Below the pieces are notes generated by a model. The model saw only the letters and a list, made by a program, of their open reading frames with translations. It was not told where the DNA came from and did not search any database. This document shows positions 24,377-40,835 of a stretch of 64,000 nt of DNA, piece by piece. Each line of letters starts with the position of its first letter. Positions within the stretch are counted from its first letter, which is position 1. Both the position numbers and the translations under genes were made by a program. The stretch is from Tubulanus polymorphus (lineage: Eukaryota; Animalia; Nemertea), in NCBI RefSeq assembly GCF_964204645.1, contig NC_134028.1, positions 12,013,263-12,077,262 on the forward strand, written 5' to 3'.

Positions 24377-27300
24377 ATGGCTTCTTTTAAGTTGAAATAT
24401 GCATTATTCGATTTCGTTGATGAATGTTGTTGCGAAATAGGTGAAACCAGCTCAATCATCAACTTTGAGGACATTAAAAACGATATTGGTTCAAATTGGC
24501 CCATTCATCGAGAGGTTCTCGTCGCATGGAAAAAGGGGAAAAACAGCGGGAAGTTTAAAGCGAAAATACTACAATTTGCCGGTGAGTTAAAGAAATAATT
24601 GTTACTTCAAATATATAAGCCATAGGCCTAATTACTGGTTATAGTGCCACACAGACGGTAAGATCAGTGCAAATCCGCTCCGCCTTACATTAATAGGCCT
24701 ATCACTGTTTCAGAGTCAAAATGTCATCCTCAATTCAGTAGATTGGTTTAAAAGTAGATTATTAGAAATCTGAAGTGAAGATTTGTTTTATTGTTGAATA
24801 TTTGCTGAAACAACGTTTCATAAACGACTCAATTTGAGGAAGAAAAATCAAAATTTCTTGTCAATTTCAACAAACTTGTCAGACAACCCCAGTGTTAACC
24901 CCAGTGACAGTTGACAACATTCTTTATTAGTTTTTATGTACTGATTACCTTCACATCGTTTCAGCAAATACTTAACGATCCAATATGGCGTCCTATCAAA
25001 AAATCGTCAAGATTCTTGAGATGAAAACCTGGTAAAAATCTACTTTCTAGTGAAGATGTCATAAAATGAATCAGTGCATTGGATTCCGTTAGACATTCTG
25101 ACGCTAGAACAGATATTTGTTATTCAGTAGATTGCATCGATCGCGAGAGGCGTGGATCTGGCACTTTTACCAAATATAGATGTCGAATTTAGTTTTTCAT
25201 TTTAATGCAATAATGACAATTCGTAAAAAACCTACTTTTTGCATTAACGCTGCATTGAACCCTTGGTTTTATGATGCCTTGTTAAATGCTACGTGTTGTT
25301 TTTAACAAAAAAAAGGTTAACTTAGTCATCCAGGATACTGGATAGGCTAGTCTGAATAACAGAAGTTGTTACTGTCCTGGGCTGGGGAACGGCAGTGGCG
25401 GTTAGGTACTAGACTATGGATAGGCTGGTTTAATAGCAATAATGGCATTTTTCAGTCAGGAGAGAAGATCTGGTTCTAACAAGAGAGCAGTTGTTGAAGG
25501 ACCAAATTGAGGAAGGTGATATCCAGATAGTAAATAAAACACCGGCTAAAAGAAAGGTCATCGCCAAGACTTCAGAAGTAGTTCAGAAGAAGATATAGGC
25601 CTACCGGTATGCAATGAAAATTAAATAATTTACCTATTGATTTTCTTCACGTTTAAATTTTTTGCTCAATCTATACTATAGGACACCAATGAGAAAAAAA
25701 GAAAGAAAGTAAAGACAACCACAGCAGCAAAGCAACATGCTAACTTGATGCTTGAAAAGTTCAAGCAAATGAAAAATGAAACTCCGGTAAGACCCACTTT
25801 CAACTGAGTTGCAATGAAATTCAATTCTTTGCTATTTGGTTTATTGTTAGAGATGTGATTCATGGAATAAGTTTATTTGGTAGGTTTTGAAGACGCTTGT
25901 AGGTATTGTTTTGATATTTGGTTTGTGCATGATCTGATATAATTTGATTTGATTTGTGTTTACCCTAGACACACACTGGCTTGGTCAGAATCAAGATGGC
26001 CGCCTGGCAGCAATTGTTTGCTGAAATTAGCACTTACAACACATTTCAAAATTCTTAAGGGAATTTTTGAAGACACTTCAATCAGTATCTTGATCTTTGG
26101 CATATGTTTACATCCCTATCAGCAAAATTTGGCTGGTAGGACGCAAGATGGCAGTCCTTTATGGACCCAAACAGGTGATTAGCAGTTATGCAAAATCTGT
26201 ATAATGTCTAATTCATTGAAAAAACAGCAGCCCCTAGAGATACAAATTGAGCGATGTTGACTGTATTTTTTGTGAAACTATGAAATACATAACATGATGT
26301 AATTCTTAACATTTGCGTGATATCCTATAGAACTTGGATGTCATCCAAGTTCTATAGGATGTCACGCAAATTTTTACGGTCCCAAGAAATCAGATTTTTG
26401 GATTTCTGAGACCTGTAGCTTCATTATGGTTTGTAATTTTTTGTCATTGAAATTCATGATGCTTATTCTTTGAAAAGGTTTTTTAGGAAGAGCTTTAATT
26501 TTAGTCTTGATATTTGATAATTAATACCACTGTCATAGAATACATCTCTTCTCATGGAATTTGGGATTACCAAGTTTTTGCTTGGGGAGAGTAGAATATT
26601 GAATTATTACACAATTAACATTGGTACCTGTGCATATTTTGTAACCACAATCGATTGCAAAAGTGTATCTTATGGCATCATTGTGGGTCTTTCAAGGTGA
26701 TGTCTTGAAATAATCAGATTTTTTAACATTTCAAACTGTTTACCAATTTGGCATGGTCTCCTTGGACCCTATTTAGCATACCAGTTAGGCATAGACCCTG
26801 AAACCTGGCATCTACTATAGATTTGCAACATTATTATTTCAGACAAAAAAAGATACAATAGCTTTGGAAGAGGAGATAAAAAACCTAAAACAACAACTAG
26901 GTTATGCCGAAAAACGAATCGAAAACTCTATTTACAAGAACGTAAGTATTTTCTATTGTTGGTTCTAATTTAGTGATTTCATAATTTTGAAAGATAATGT
27001 GTGCCTTCTATCAGCATTTTGCTTTATAGGATTACCAGTTAAAATTATGGAAATGCTTCCTAATGTTATTAGGGACAAATTGAACATGACGGTTGAGTGT
27101 GGATGTCAAAAGGAAAGTAAGTCTTTGAAATAACACAATCTTATGATATGAATATATCGATTGATATGAGAAGAAATGCAATTTTTCACCGTTCTTTCAG
27201 ATAAAATTCAGAAAGATGTACGACCTATCAATCATAGTGGTCGTGATTATGACAATGGCAATGATGATGATGAACAAGTTTCTAGTTTTGCGCCTGGAGA

Positions 27301-28218
27301 TAGGGATGAACAGAATGATGAGGTTTTTAAAATTACATTTACATTGTGTACTCTATTTCTACATTTTATGTTGATAAAAATAATAAATTATGAATTTTCC
27401 TTTGTAATTTAGGTCAGTCAAGAAGCTTTTCTTTCGCCGGTACGTACACTTGTCCCTTAATCTAGAACAAATACGAGAGTCTAGAATGTTTTAACGTTAT
27501 TTTCAATAATTTTTAGATTCTCAAACCATCTTCAGAATCTGCTGTCAATAGGAAAGTCCTATTTCCCACAACAGTAAGTTTGTATTTTAACATTTTGAGT
27601 TTATTACTTTATAATAGTAGAATATCAATTACTCATCACAGTCATTGTCACTGAGCGTGCCACGGTCATTCTACATATTTTCCTCCCAGTTAAGTCTAAA
27701 CGCAATCAATTACAAAATTGTAGCTAGCATATGATACAATCTATGATTTTGGTGAGTTTCAAGGTAATTGGTTTCAATATATGTTCCCCAGGGGAATTGA
27801 ACATTGAAATTGTCAGATTGTCGAGCATTTGAAACCACTTCCCACGTGAGCATGTTTAACTGGACCCCTAGTTTTAAATAGTAAATACATCATTCATATT
27901 TTCAACCAAAAACCACAAATATTGATCCAAGTCCCGGAATGGTAAGCTATGATTAAATAAAAATGGCTGTCATCGTCGAATATTCCTGTAAAAACTTTTT
28001 CTGATTCTTTCCTTTTCAGCAGATGACCGATTTGGGGAATGGGGTATTAGTAAAGAAGTCATCCCTTGATTCCTGCAGTCGGAAGTCATACAGTATTTTT
28101 ACTGGCGATGTCATGGTGGCAGTATTTGGCACGCGATGTCTTCAGACACACGTACTGAAGGGTATCGGGCAGTCAACTAAGACCGCTCTGTCACCAACAA
28201 AAGTTCAAGCGATTAAGA
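24377..28218 (+). CDS. EnSpm accessory gene, multi-exon, C-terminal BEN-like domain; intactness uncertain
   Basis: Exon 1 24377-24581 (MASFKLKYALFDF...FKAKILQFA, donor GTGAGT). Further AG/GT-bounded exons at ~25456, 25682-25786, 26843-26941 (coiled-coil-like) and ~27201. The exon at ~28023-28218 reads DLGNGVLVKKSSL..FTGDVMVAVFGTRCLQTHVLKG..ALSPTKVQAIK, a BEN-like pattern. The last exon is not resolved. Confidence 0.65.
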
Positions 28219-29080
28219 GTAAGTCTGAAGTTACTATTTGGTAAACGAGCAACTTTATACAGTTGCCTAAAACTAAACCAATAAAAATTTGATGCAAAAT
28301 TGTGAACCTAAAAAAAGACAGGGACAGTAAACCTTGCCAAACTCCCAACAAATTGGGCCCCATTTTCATACAGCGACCAAGCAATTCATTCATTACACAA
28401 TAAAGATGTAAATGCATGATGGATTTCAATCTGGTAATTTTTACAAAAGTATTTCACTGCATCGCGAAGACGGGTGTTGAGAAATAGTTGCACAGAGTTT
28501 TTAGTAGAAGCAGACTCTCCTCATTTTACCCTGCAGTGATCAGCTATTTGGAAATCTGCTGCTGAATTTCACTTGGCCCTAGCTTTGATTTCATTATAGG
28601 ATTTCTTTCACCATTTATCATCTTCAGGGTGGGCAAGAAGAATATTGGGATGCCTAAATCGTATAGTGTTTTAACATCCTGTTAATAAAATCTTATGATG
28701 TATTGTTTCAGATTATGTTAGTAGACAATTCCCTGCCGCTGAACAAAGCAATATTAGAGCAGCGATGCGGAAGAAACTCAATAACATCAAGAGTCGGAAT
28801 AAACCTGTTAATTGAAATATGAAAAATATAGAGAAAGTAGTACATAATCGAACGTGAGACTATTCTGGCTTTTTTAAGGTTTTCAGGAAGGATTTTCATG
28901 CAAGGAAGTGCACTTGGAATAAGATATGAAGTGCACTTTCTGAGTTCATTCCATTTTAAGTGTACTTAAAGTGTACTTTTAAAGTGCGCTTTTGAGTACA
29001 CTCAAAAGCGCACTTTAAAAGTGCACTTAAAGTACACTTTTTCATAAGGGTTGTCATCAATCATTTACAAATACACTTAC

Positions 29081-29189
29081 GCTGTCCTTTATACACATTG
29101 CAATCATCTGCCTGAATAATCTGCCTCACAATATCAGTTTTGCTGTCAGTTGTCTCACCTCGTGAAAGTGCTGTAGTGAATGGACGTCC
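29081..29189 (-). CDS. KATNIP: Internal coding exon of KATNIP/KIAA0556-like gene
   Basis: Acceptor ttttcctactgtAG, donor GTAAGT, 109 nt. Encodes GRPFTTALSRGETTDSKTDIVRQIIQADDCNVYKGQ plus one base C, which joins GT of the 8209 exon to give R. RPFT and Y.G resemble the KIAA0556 linker before the LNFT motif. Too short for the ORF track. Confidence 0.8.
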
Positions 29190-29321
29190 CTACAGTAGGA
29201 AAACAAGAGGCCCATGGGCCTTGAAGCATTGGTAGATTTTACTGTGGTAAGGTAAAGTGGTTAATGTATTACATCTGCCGGCAAATGTTCTATGACGATA
29301 TTGATTGGGAGGACCACAGAC

Positions 29322-29391
<70 letters not shown>

Positions 29392-29402
29392 TAATAATAA
29401 TA
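29322..29402. repeat. (TAA)n microsatellite
   Basis: Direct reading of about 26 taa units with one variant. Confidence 0.97.
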
Positions 29403-30071
29403 TCTATCTACAGTCCATTACGTAAAATATCTTAACAAACTTTACAATTTGAAAAAACATAAGACAATTAGTTTAATTAATGATGAAAGGACTCGAATGA
29501 AAACTCTGGTTTATAAAACTGCCTGCTCAGACAAATACTCACAGCTTTTCAAAAAATCTTCATTTTAGCCTATGTAGGCCTAAAAGTATGTGCGTAGGCC
29601 TTGTAGTAGGCCTACGTATTTGCATAGGCCTAGCAACCGGCCAGAGGAGGCTAGGCCTATATCACTCTTACCCTCCTAAACATCGTATTTCTAAACCTTT
29701 ATCTAACATGGCTAGGTCTCATGGTGTATTCGATTTGTAAGATCAATTTCATTTTCGGATAAAGAAATAAACCTTTGTACTACGTGTCTTAGCAATCTTG
29801 CCAAAATTTTCTATTGCAAATTTTGTTCGAAGTTCAATCCATGAGTCCGGAAATAAACACAATAATTATATTGTGTTTGTTTGAAACTGTAAAGCTCAGT
29901 AGGCCAAAAGGTAGCGTACAATTCAATAAACACTTCAAGCAGACTAGAAACTATCTCCTATCACCCGCGTTATCAGAACACTAAATCCAAATATCAAGCG
30001 TGAGTCCAGCTTACGGATATGTCATATCTAGTAAATATCCCAATGATTTGGAAAAGTAGAATATTGATACA

Positions 30072-34320
<4,249 letters not shown>

Positions 34321-34822
34321 ATACATGGTTGAAGCCCGCGGCCAAATCACTGTAGTGTACATCAACGGTAGCCAGACAGACAGACATCCAGACTGACAGA
34401 CATCCAGAGAGAAAGGCGACCTGAAACCATGGCCTGATGTGTGTTGCTGCACAAGAACTGGGGCTAAAAAACTGAAGATTAATACTTTTCTGATCAGACA
34501 TAGCCTACCCTAATTTCAATCCTTCTACTAATATGAATTAGGATGCATCGCCACATGATAACTTAACCCCTACTCATCTATTATTATTACTATTATCTAT
34601 TGTTATTACCAAACTTGTAGGCAATGATATTAAGAAGATCTGGACCATTTAATCAAAAATCTGGTCACGCTATGTTGTAGGGAATAATTGAAACATATGT
34701 ATGACTTTTTTGCCGTGTCTCATGATTTACATGAACATTATTTCAATTTGAATTCGCCAGCATTGGTATGTCATAGATGTAAACCAATGAAAAAAAAATT
34801 GGCCACAGTACCGGTTAGTTAC

Positions 34823-34963
34823 CTCTAATCCATCGTCAGCTGTTTTTGGTCGTGCAGTATGTAACTGGATTTCATCATCTAAGCTATATCCCTCGCCCTC
34901 GTAAGTGTTATCGTATTTTGAAACTGCCTCTAGTATAGTCTCATCTGTAGTAAATAGGATCGT
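34823..34963 (-). CDS. KATNIP: Internal coding exon of KATNIP/KIAA0556-like gene
   Basis: Acceptor tcatctattccAG, donor GTAACT, 141 nt, phase 0/0. Encodes TILFTTDETILEAVSKYDNTYEGEGYSLDDEIQLHTARPKTADDGLE, matching remembered KIAA0556 TILFTTD..ILEA and RP.TAD. Confidence 0.85.
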
Positions 34964-35470
34964 CTGGAATAGATGAAATTTAGTAAATTAATTTTGTAAA
35001 TGTCAAATGCTCTATGAATTTCAATTTCTAGGATAAAGGCTGCAAATGGTAGCTATACATGTCTACATTTTGAAATATCATTTATAACTATTAAGAAAAA
35101 AATCTTAAAATGGATTTAATTTTGGTCGGTGTAAACTTTTAATGAAATCGTAGTTTCTTCAATACGCACAAATTCTCATCACGACGTCCACATAGAGACG
35201 GAGTCGCTTGTGACACACCGTGTCCACTCATAAAATGACTATTGACTATATCCTAAACAATACTAAGGGGCACTATGGCCAGCCCGACAGCTTTTCATAA
35301 ACGAAGTGGATATCTAACCATATACGGCAAAGTGTTTACTACCGCTATTTTAACCATACATCATTGCAATATCATCAGGCGTACTGAGAACAAATATTAT
35401 ACCAGGATATCTTACTTTAATCTTAATCCTTGAATCTTAATCATTTGTCATATGCTTGTATAAACATCCT

Positions 35471-37281
35471 CCCAGTGTTGAATCAATGTTGAAACGACGT
35501 TGTGTTTCGACGTCGACTGTAGGTTGATTTTGAAAAGTGAATAGTCCGACGACCAATATCCAACTTGATTTCGACCAAATTATAACCTGATAGTCTGACG
35601 TCGTATCAACATGGAATAACTTGTTTGCGTATAGACCTCCATCCAACCTGTTTGCAGATAATATTTAATCTGAATATGACTCAATACCAACCGAAATGTT
35701 AACCCGATACCAATAAAATCACAAACAAGCACATATACTTGAAATACATATAGAAATAATTACATTTATTACCAAATGGTTTGCATGTAACATAATAAGC
35801 TCCAAAAATAAAATTTAAACCAACAAAACATGATTAAAATGCACAACCTAACTACAAATTGTAGTAATCTACTTATCAATTTAAGAAATCGAGAATCATA
35901 CATAGTCAGTTTCTTCTAAGATCCATTATGGTGTTAGTTTTCTCTTGACAGTTAACTCAATCCTTCTCTCAGCATCATATTTCAGCTGGTTCCGAATAAC
36001 TTCCATGATGTCTGATACAGTTTACGATTTGCGAACAGCATCTGTAACCATAAAAATATTGATGCAATGAATGAGCAAGAAATATTTTCATAACTTAGCA
36101 AGTTTGAAATTAGTCAGTAATCAGTCAGTAGAAACTAGTCAGTAATCAATTTTTCAATGTAGGTTTTATAACAATGAATCAAAGCCATTGCTCCCTTCAA
36201 CTAGTCCTGGAAGTGGTTGTATTCACAATAAACTCCTAGTGTGACCAATATCAGACACTATAAAGGTACTTGGTAATATTCTCCCAACTAGGGAATATTG
36301 TTAAAAATTACTTACCAATGTTGACTTCACAGGGACAGGTCTCCTCAAAAGAAAATGTCTTATTTCCATTTTATGTATAACATCAACATCAGTGAATTTG
36401 ATATCACCCTGAAAAAACAACAGGCCTATACTGGAACAATTAAAAGACAATGCAGAAACAGTCTTAATTGTTTCTGCATTTACGTACTCATTACCCTCAA
36501 ATGAATGTGGTATCACATTTAGTTCATAAAGTTTCATCTGTCTCTACCTTTGATTTGTGGATTGACCACATGGTATACCGTACACGTACGACGTCGGCCG
36601 ACGACGTAAACACGCCCACCCGGCTGTGTAAGATATGGTGAAACCCTAAGGGTTAGCAGGTCTGGGCGTTATAAGGCATATTTCTATTCATAGCTAATGA
36701 AATACGATGGTTTAGCTTTATTCAAAACTACTTACGTACCTGAAAATTCTGAAAAAAAGTTCACTGCGACTGCCTTCTTCCTCGACCCGAATGAACCAAA
36801 ATGGCCACGATGTTATTACATCGATTGATTAATTTTGGTGGATGGTGTTCGAATCCCGCAATTCGAAGGTCGATTTAGGTTGTCAATAACACATTTTTAA
36901 TGCAACGTTAGCATTACCATTGCATTTACCAATATATATATTAGATGGTTATTTCATCGATAAAGAGGATATGTCACATTGATATCTGCCCTGAAAGTCT
37001 TTCAATAAAAAATATGTCGAGCAGTATCACGGTGATTGGTATTAAGGACCATTTGAGCACATGGGGTTTTCAAAATGAAGAAAAAAATATCGTCAATAAT
37101 GATCAGGGAGTTTTTAAAAGAACGCTGTTTCAAGCCCACGTTGATATAACGTTGAAATCAACTAGTAAAGCGACGTCAGCTTACAACTAGGAAAACCATC
37201 GACGTAAATCCACGTCAGTATTTCGACGTCTCGGTCGTCAACGCAGGATCAACGTCAAAAATTGGTTGTGTGCCCACTGGG
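35471..37281. mobile_element. Non-autonomous EnSpm/CACTA-like element with a BEN-gene remnant
   Basis: cccagtg / cactggg ends, 2 bp TSD CT, subterminal acgtc/acgttg motifs. A minus-strand exon remnant at ~35950-36042 reads DAVRKS*TVSDIMEVIRNQLKYDAERR. Confidence 0.7.
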
Positions 37282-37302
37282 CTGGTATTATATTTTGTTC
37301 TC

Positions 37303-37348
37303 AGTAGCCTGATGATGGCTAACAGTTGTTAGCCCAAACGTCGCTCCT
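37303..37348 (+). ncRNA. Minimal type I hammerhead ribozyme motif, core G mutated
   Basis: Stem I AGTAGC/GCTCCT (5 of 6 pairs), CTGATGA at 37309-37315, perfect 7 bp stem II GGCTAAC-agtt-GTTAGCC, CAAA where GAAA is expected, palindromic ACGT stem III, GTC cleavage triplet. Confidence 0.65.
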
Positions 37349-38102
37349 CAAATATAATCATTCTGATATAGAATTTTTCTTGGCTTCGTTATTGTGGGAT
37401 TTCTCTCGTTACCATACAATCGTGTCTTCATAAGTAGCACAGACAGCGACTGGAGCTGACAGGAACAAATACCTCAGATAAATCTTTTCCCTTGGTCTTA
37501 TTGATTTGAATGCGGAATAAAATTGAATTTTCTGAAATTTGCTCGATAAAAAAAAATTGAATTGGATTTGATGTTTAATTTGTTCAATAAAGTAAAATTG
37601 AATTGGATTTGATATTTTTTTGCGGAATAAAATTTGATTGAATTTGCAGTTTGAGCATATGGCTTATTCGCATATGAAGGCCATCCATCTGATTTGAGCA
37701 AAAGCTATTTTTCCTGGACTTTGCATAATTGTCAATGATATTTTTGCATTGATTGCGGTAAAACTCGCTTACCTCGGATCTTGTGGGACCGTAAAATTTT
37801 TCCCAGGTAGGCGAATTCCGAGGCAGGAGCAGAAATAGAAATTAATATTTTCAAAGACATAATTTTCTCTATGTTTCAATGTATGTATGTCTTGTTGCAA
37901 TAAAACGTCACGGTTTACTCCAATGTTATAAGACATATTAACCCCTTGACCGCCTGTACCGATATAGTCGGTATCACCGTTTCTAGGTACCGTAGTAAAC
38001 ATTCACGTATTTGAAATGTTCAATTTCATGAATTTGCTGGTATTTTGATGACATCTAGGAGATTTATAAGGGATACAATGTATGTGTATTAGTGAGATTC
38101 TC

Positions 38103-40373
38103 ATGGTTAATCGTAGACCTAAACGGTATGATTTTGTAGCTGTTGTTGATCAAATAAACGATGATGATTTTAGTTATTAAAGTGGAAATGAAAGTGAAAA
38201 TACCAATTTCCATGATGGCAGTGATCAGGATGTTGTCAGTGACAGTGATAATACTGATGATAGGGCCTTACAGGATGCTGAAGATGTAATAGATGACGAA
38301 TCTAGCGATGCTGATAGAGCGTCGCCGTCGGTTTCTGCTATGGATTCAGATCATAGTGATGATAATGGCACTGCCAGCGAATCTGAAGGTATGTACACAT
38401 CAACTCTCAACATAAATAATGTCAGTGTCACATTTCAGTGTGAATTATTGCTCGATGCCTACTTTACGGTACCTACAATTTCTTTGTATTCCTCTGTGTT
38501 TTCGTTTTCGAGTATGGTCTTGAAATTATAGGCAAAATTAGGCAAATTCTCATGAACTTCTGGTTATTCATTTTTCAGGAGCAGTAAGCCTACCTAGTAG
38601 TCAAGATTCTGATGACGACAGTGGAGCTAGCGATGGATCAGCTGTTCGTGGTAATATCCGTGGAGACCATGGACGAGGCGGAGGCGGACGAGCACGTGGT
38701 GGACGTATCGTTGCTCGTGGTCGTGGCCAAGCTTGAGGCCGTGGTGGACGTGCTCGTGGTGTAGCTGGTGTTCGAGGAAGAAATCGTCATCAACCTCATC
38801 AACCACCCCAAATAGAATGGAAAAGAGACCCACAGGTAACTCACTCGTTTCCATTTACAGGACAACATGGTCCAAATTTCCGATTACCAAATGATGCTAC
38901 AGAATGGGATTTTTTGAAACTGTTCCTTACCGATGAACTAATTGATATTGTGGTGAGAGAAACAAATCGGTATGGAAATGAGAGAAAAATAACCACGCCT
39001 GCTAATAAAAAATATGCACGTATGCATATGTGGAAACCGATTGATCGTGAGACTATGTGGCGCTTTTTGACATTGGTAATAATGTTTGGATTGGTAGAAA
39101 AACCAGTAAGTGATTCATATTGGTCAACAGACAGTTTCTGGAAACACCAGGATTTGGGCAAATAATGAGTAGGAATCGTTTCTTACAAATCTTGTGTGTG
39201 ATACATTTTCAGAATAATAATATTCCACGACCAGAGGGTGAGTGTGCATGGAAAATCAAACCGTTTTTTGATTATCTTACTTCCCGCTTCACACGCATGT
39301 ACACCCCTGAACAGTGTGTGTCAATAGATGAAGCTCTTTTGCTATGGAAGGGCAGGCTGATATTCAAGCAGTACACCCAAAAAGCGATCACGTTTCGGAC
39401 TAAAGTCGTATGATCTGTGCGAAAGTAGCAGTGAATACTGTTGGAAATACAGGTTATATACCGGACAAGATCAAATTGCAAATCAAGCGTCTGTGCATGG
39501 TATTTCTTAAGATGTTGTCATGGATTCGATGGATGGTTTGCTTGATCAGGGATACAAATTGACGGTAGATAATTTCTACACGAGCCCTGTTCTTTTTCTG
39601 GAGTTATATCAACGTGCGACTCATGCTGTCGGTACTGTTCGGCTTGATCGAAAACACATGCCCAAAGATCTGAAGTACCGTTATGATGCTAATGGGGTAC
39701 AAATTCCCTTGGTGAAAGGAGACATTACACATAGAAGCTCAGACAAACTGTTAGCACTCTGTTGGTTGGACAAAAAGTATGTTTCAATGTTATCTAACTA
39801 TCATGATGAACATATTGTTGATACTGGGAAAGTCAACCGCACCACTCAAGAGCCAATACGCAAGCCACATGTAATTGTCGAATACAATCATCAAATGGGA
39901 GGCGTAGATCTCAAGGACCACATGCTTGAAGCTAATGCTATGCATCGTAAAACAATCAAATGGTACTGTAAACTAGCTATGCATTTGATCGATATCGCAA
40001 TTTTCAACAGTTTGTTCTCTGGAAGAAGGCAGATCCAACTCGAAGAAACACGCGACATCTCAAATTTGGCATACGTTTGATAAGTCAGATTGTGGAGGGT
40101 GATGGTGCTGATCCAACATCTGCAGCTAAGGGTCGCCCAAGAGCGTCAAATGATGTCCCCATCAACTTTAGTGGAAGACACTTCCCAGCTTTGCATCCTC
40201 CTACTGGAAACAGACAAGTTGCGTTTCGTGTCTGTCGAATCTGCTCAGAACGTGATCGCGAAAATGGGGCTCCTGGAACACGGAAACGTGTTGAAACAAA
40301 ATACAGGTGTGTAGCCTGTGGAAATGTGCCTCTTTGTGCTGCACCCTGTTTTGAACAATGGCATACTTTATAA
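38103..40373 (+). pseudogene. piggyBac (PGBD4-like) transposase with stops and frameshifts, one intron
   Basis: ATG at 38103, acidic exon to 38388, GT-AG intron 38389-38578, RG-rich tract, then LFLTDELID.VVRETNRY, MSRNRF, SIDEA, VDNFYTS, YNHQMGGVDLKD and a C-terminal cysteine-rich domain CRIC..CVAC..LC..PCF..WH. Confidence 0.92.
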
Positions 40374-40835
40374 ACTGGATACAACTGCATATGAACTGTG
40401 ACAATTGATATTTGTGTTTTTCTAGAAATTTCACTAAACGGATATTTTCAGGTAAGAGAGCCTTTATTCATTTATTTGGAGATCTAATCACACAGAAATG
40501 GTTGTATATTGTAGGTAACATTCATATCTATCCATTCAGGCACACACAAAACTGTTTCTGCACTTTATATATGCAAAATTTTATTTCAGGAGGTGTGTAT
40601 ATGAAATTTTGATGGCGGCCATACTGATGACGTCATAATGACATCATCATGAACAACCAAGTATCTTAAAAAGTATTCTTATGGGCTTGAATAGATTGCT
40701 CTGAATGTTACCTTTTCAAATATATATGGTTTATAGCAGTTTAATTGAGAAATAAGTGACTGGAAGGCAATTTTCAACTTTTGGGTCACGACATAAAAAT
40801 CCCCCGAAAATAAGTGGCGTACGGGTATATTTGAA

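Larger units (their letters stand above)
16530..29050. mobile_element. Structurally complete 12.5 kb EnSpm/CACTA (CMC) DNA transposon
   Basis: TIR cccttatgaaaa.. / ..ttttcataaggg; 2 bp TSD TT at 16528-16529 and 29051-29052; dense aagtgcactt subterminal motifs at both ends, arranged as 83 bp units at ~16585-16850; internal transposase and a divergent second gene. Confidence 0.93.
35361..37410 (+). mobile_element. Penelope-like element terminal remnant, split by a nested EnSpm
   Basis: 8 bp duplication accataca at 35353-35360 and 37411-37418, inside a repeat that is uninterrupted near 11301-11340. 35371-35405 is an inverted copy of 37282-37316, and a hammerhead-like core follows. Confidence 0.65.

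Noticed and set aside
38627-38868. His-rich and Ser/Thr-rich minus-strand ORFs
   Set aside because: Antisense shadows of the RG-rich piggyBac coding tract.
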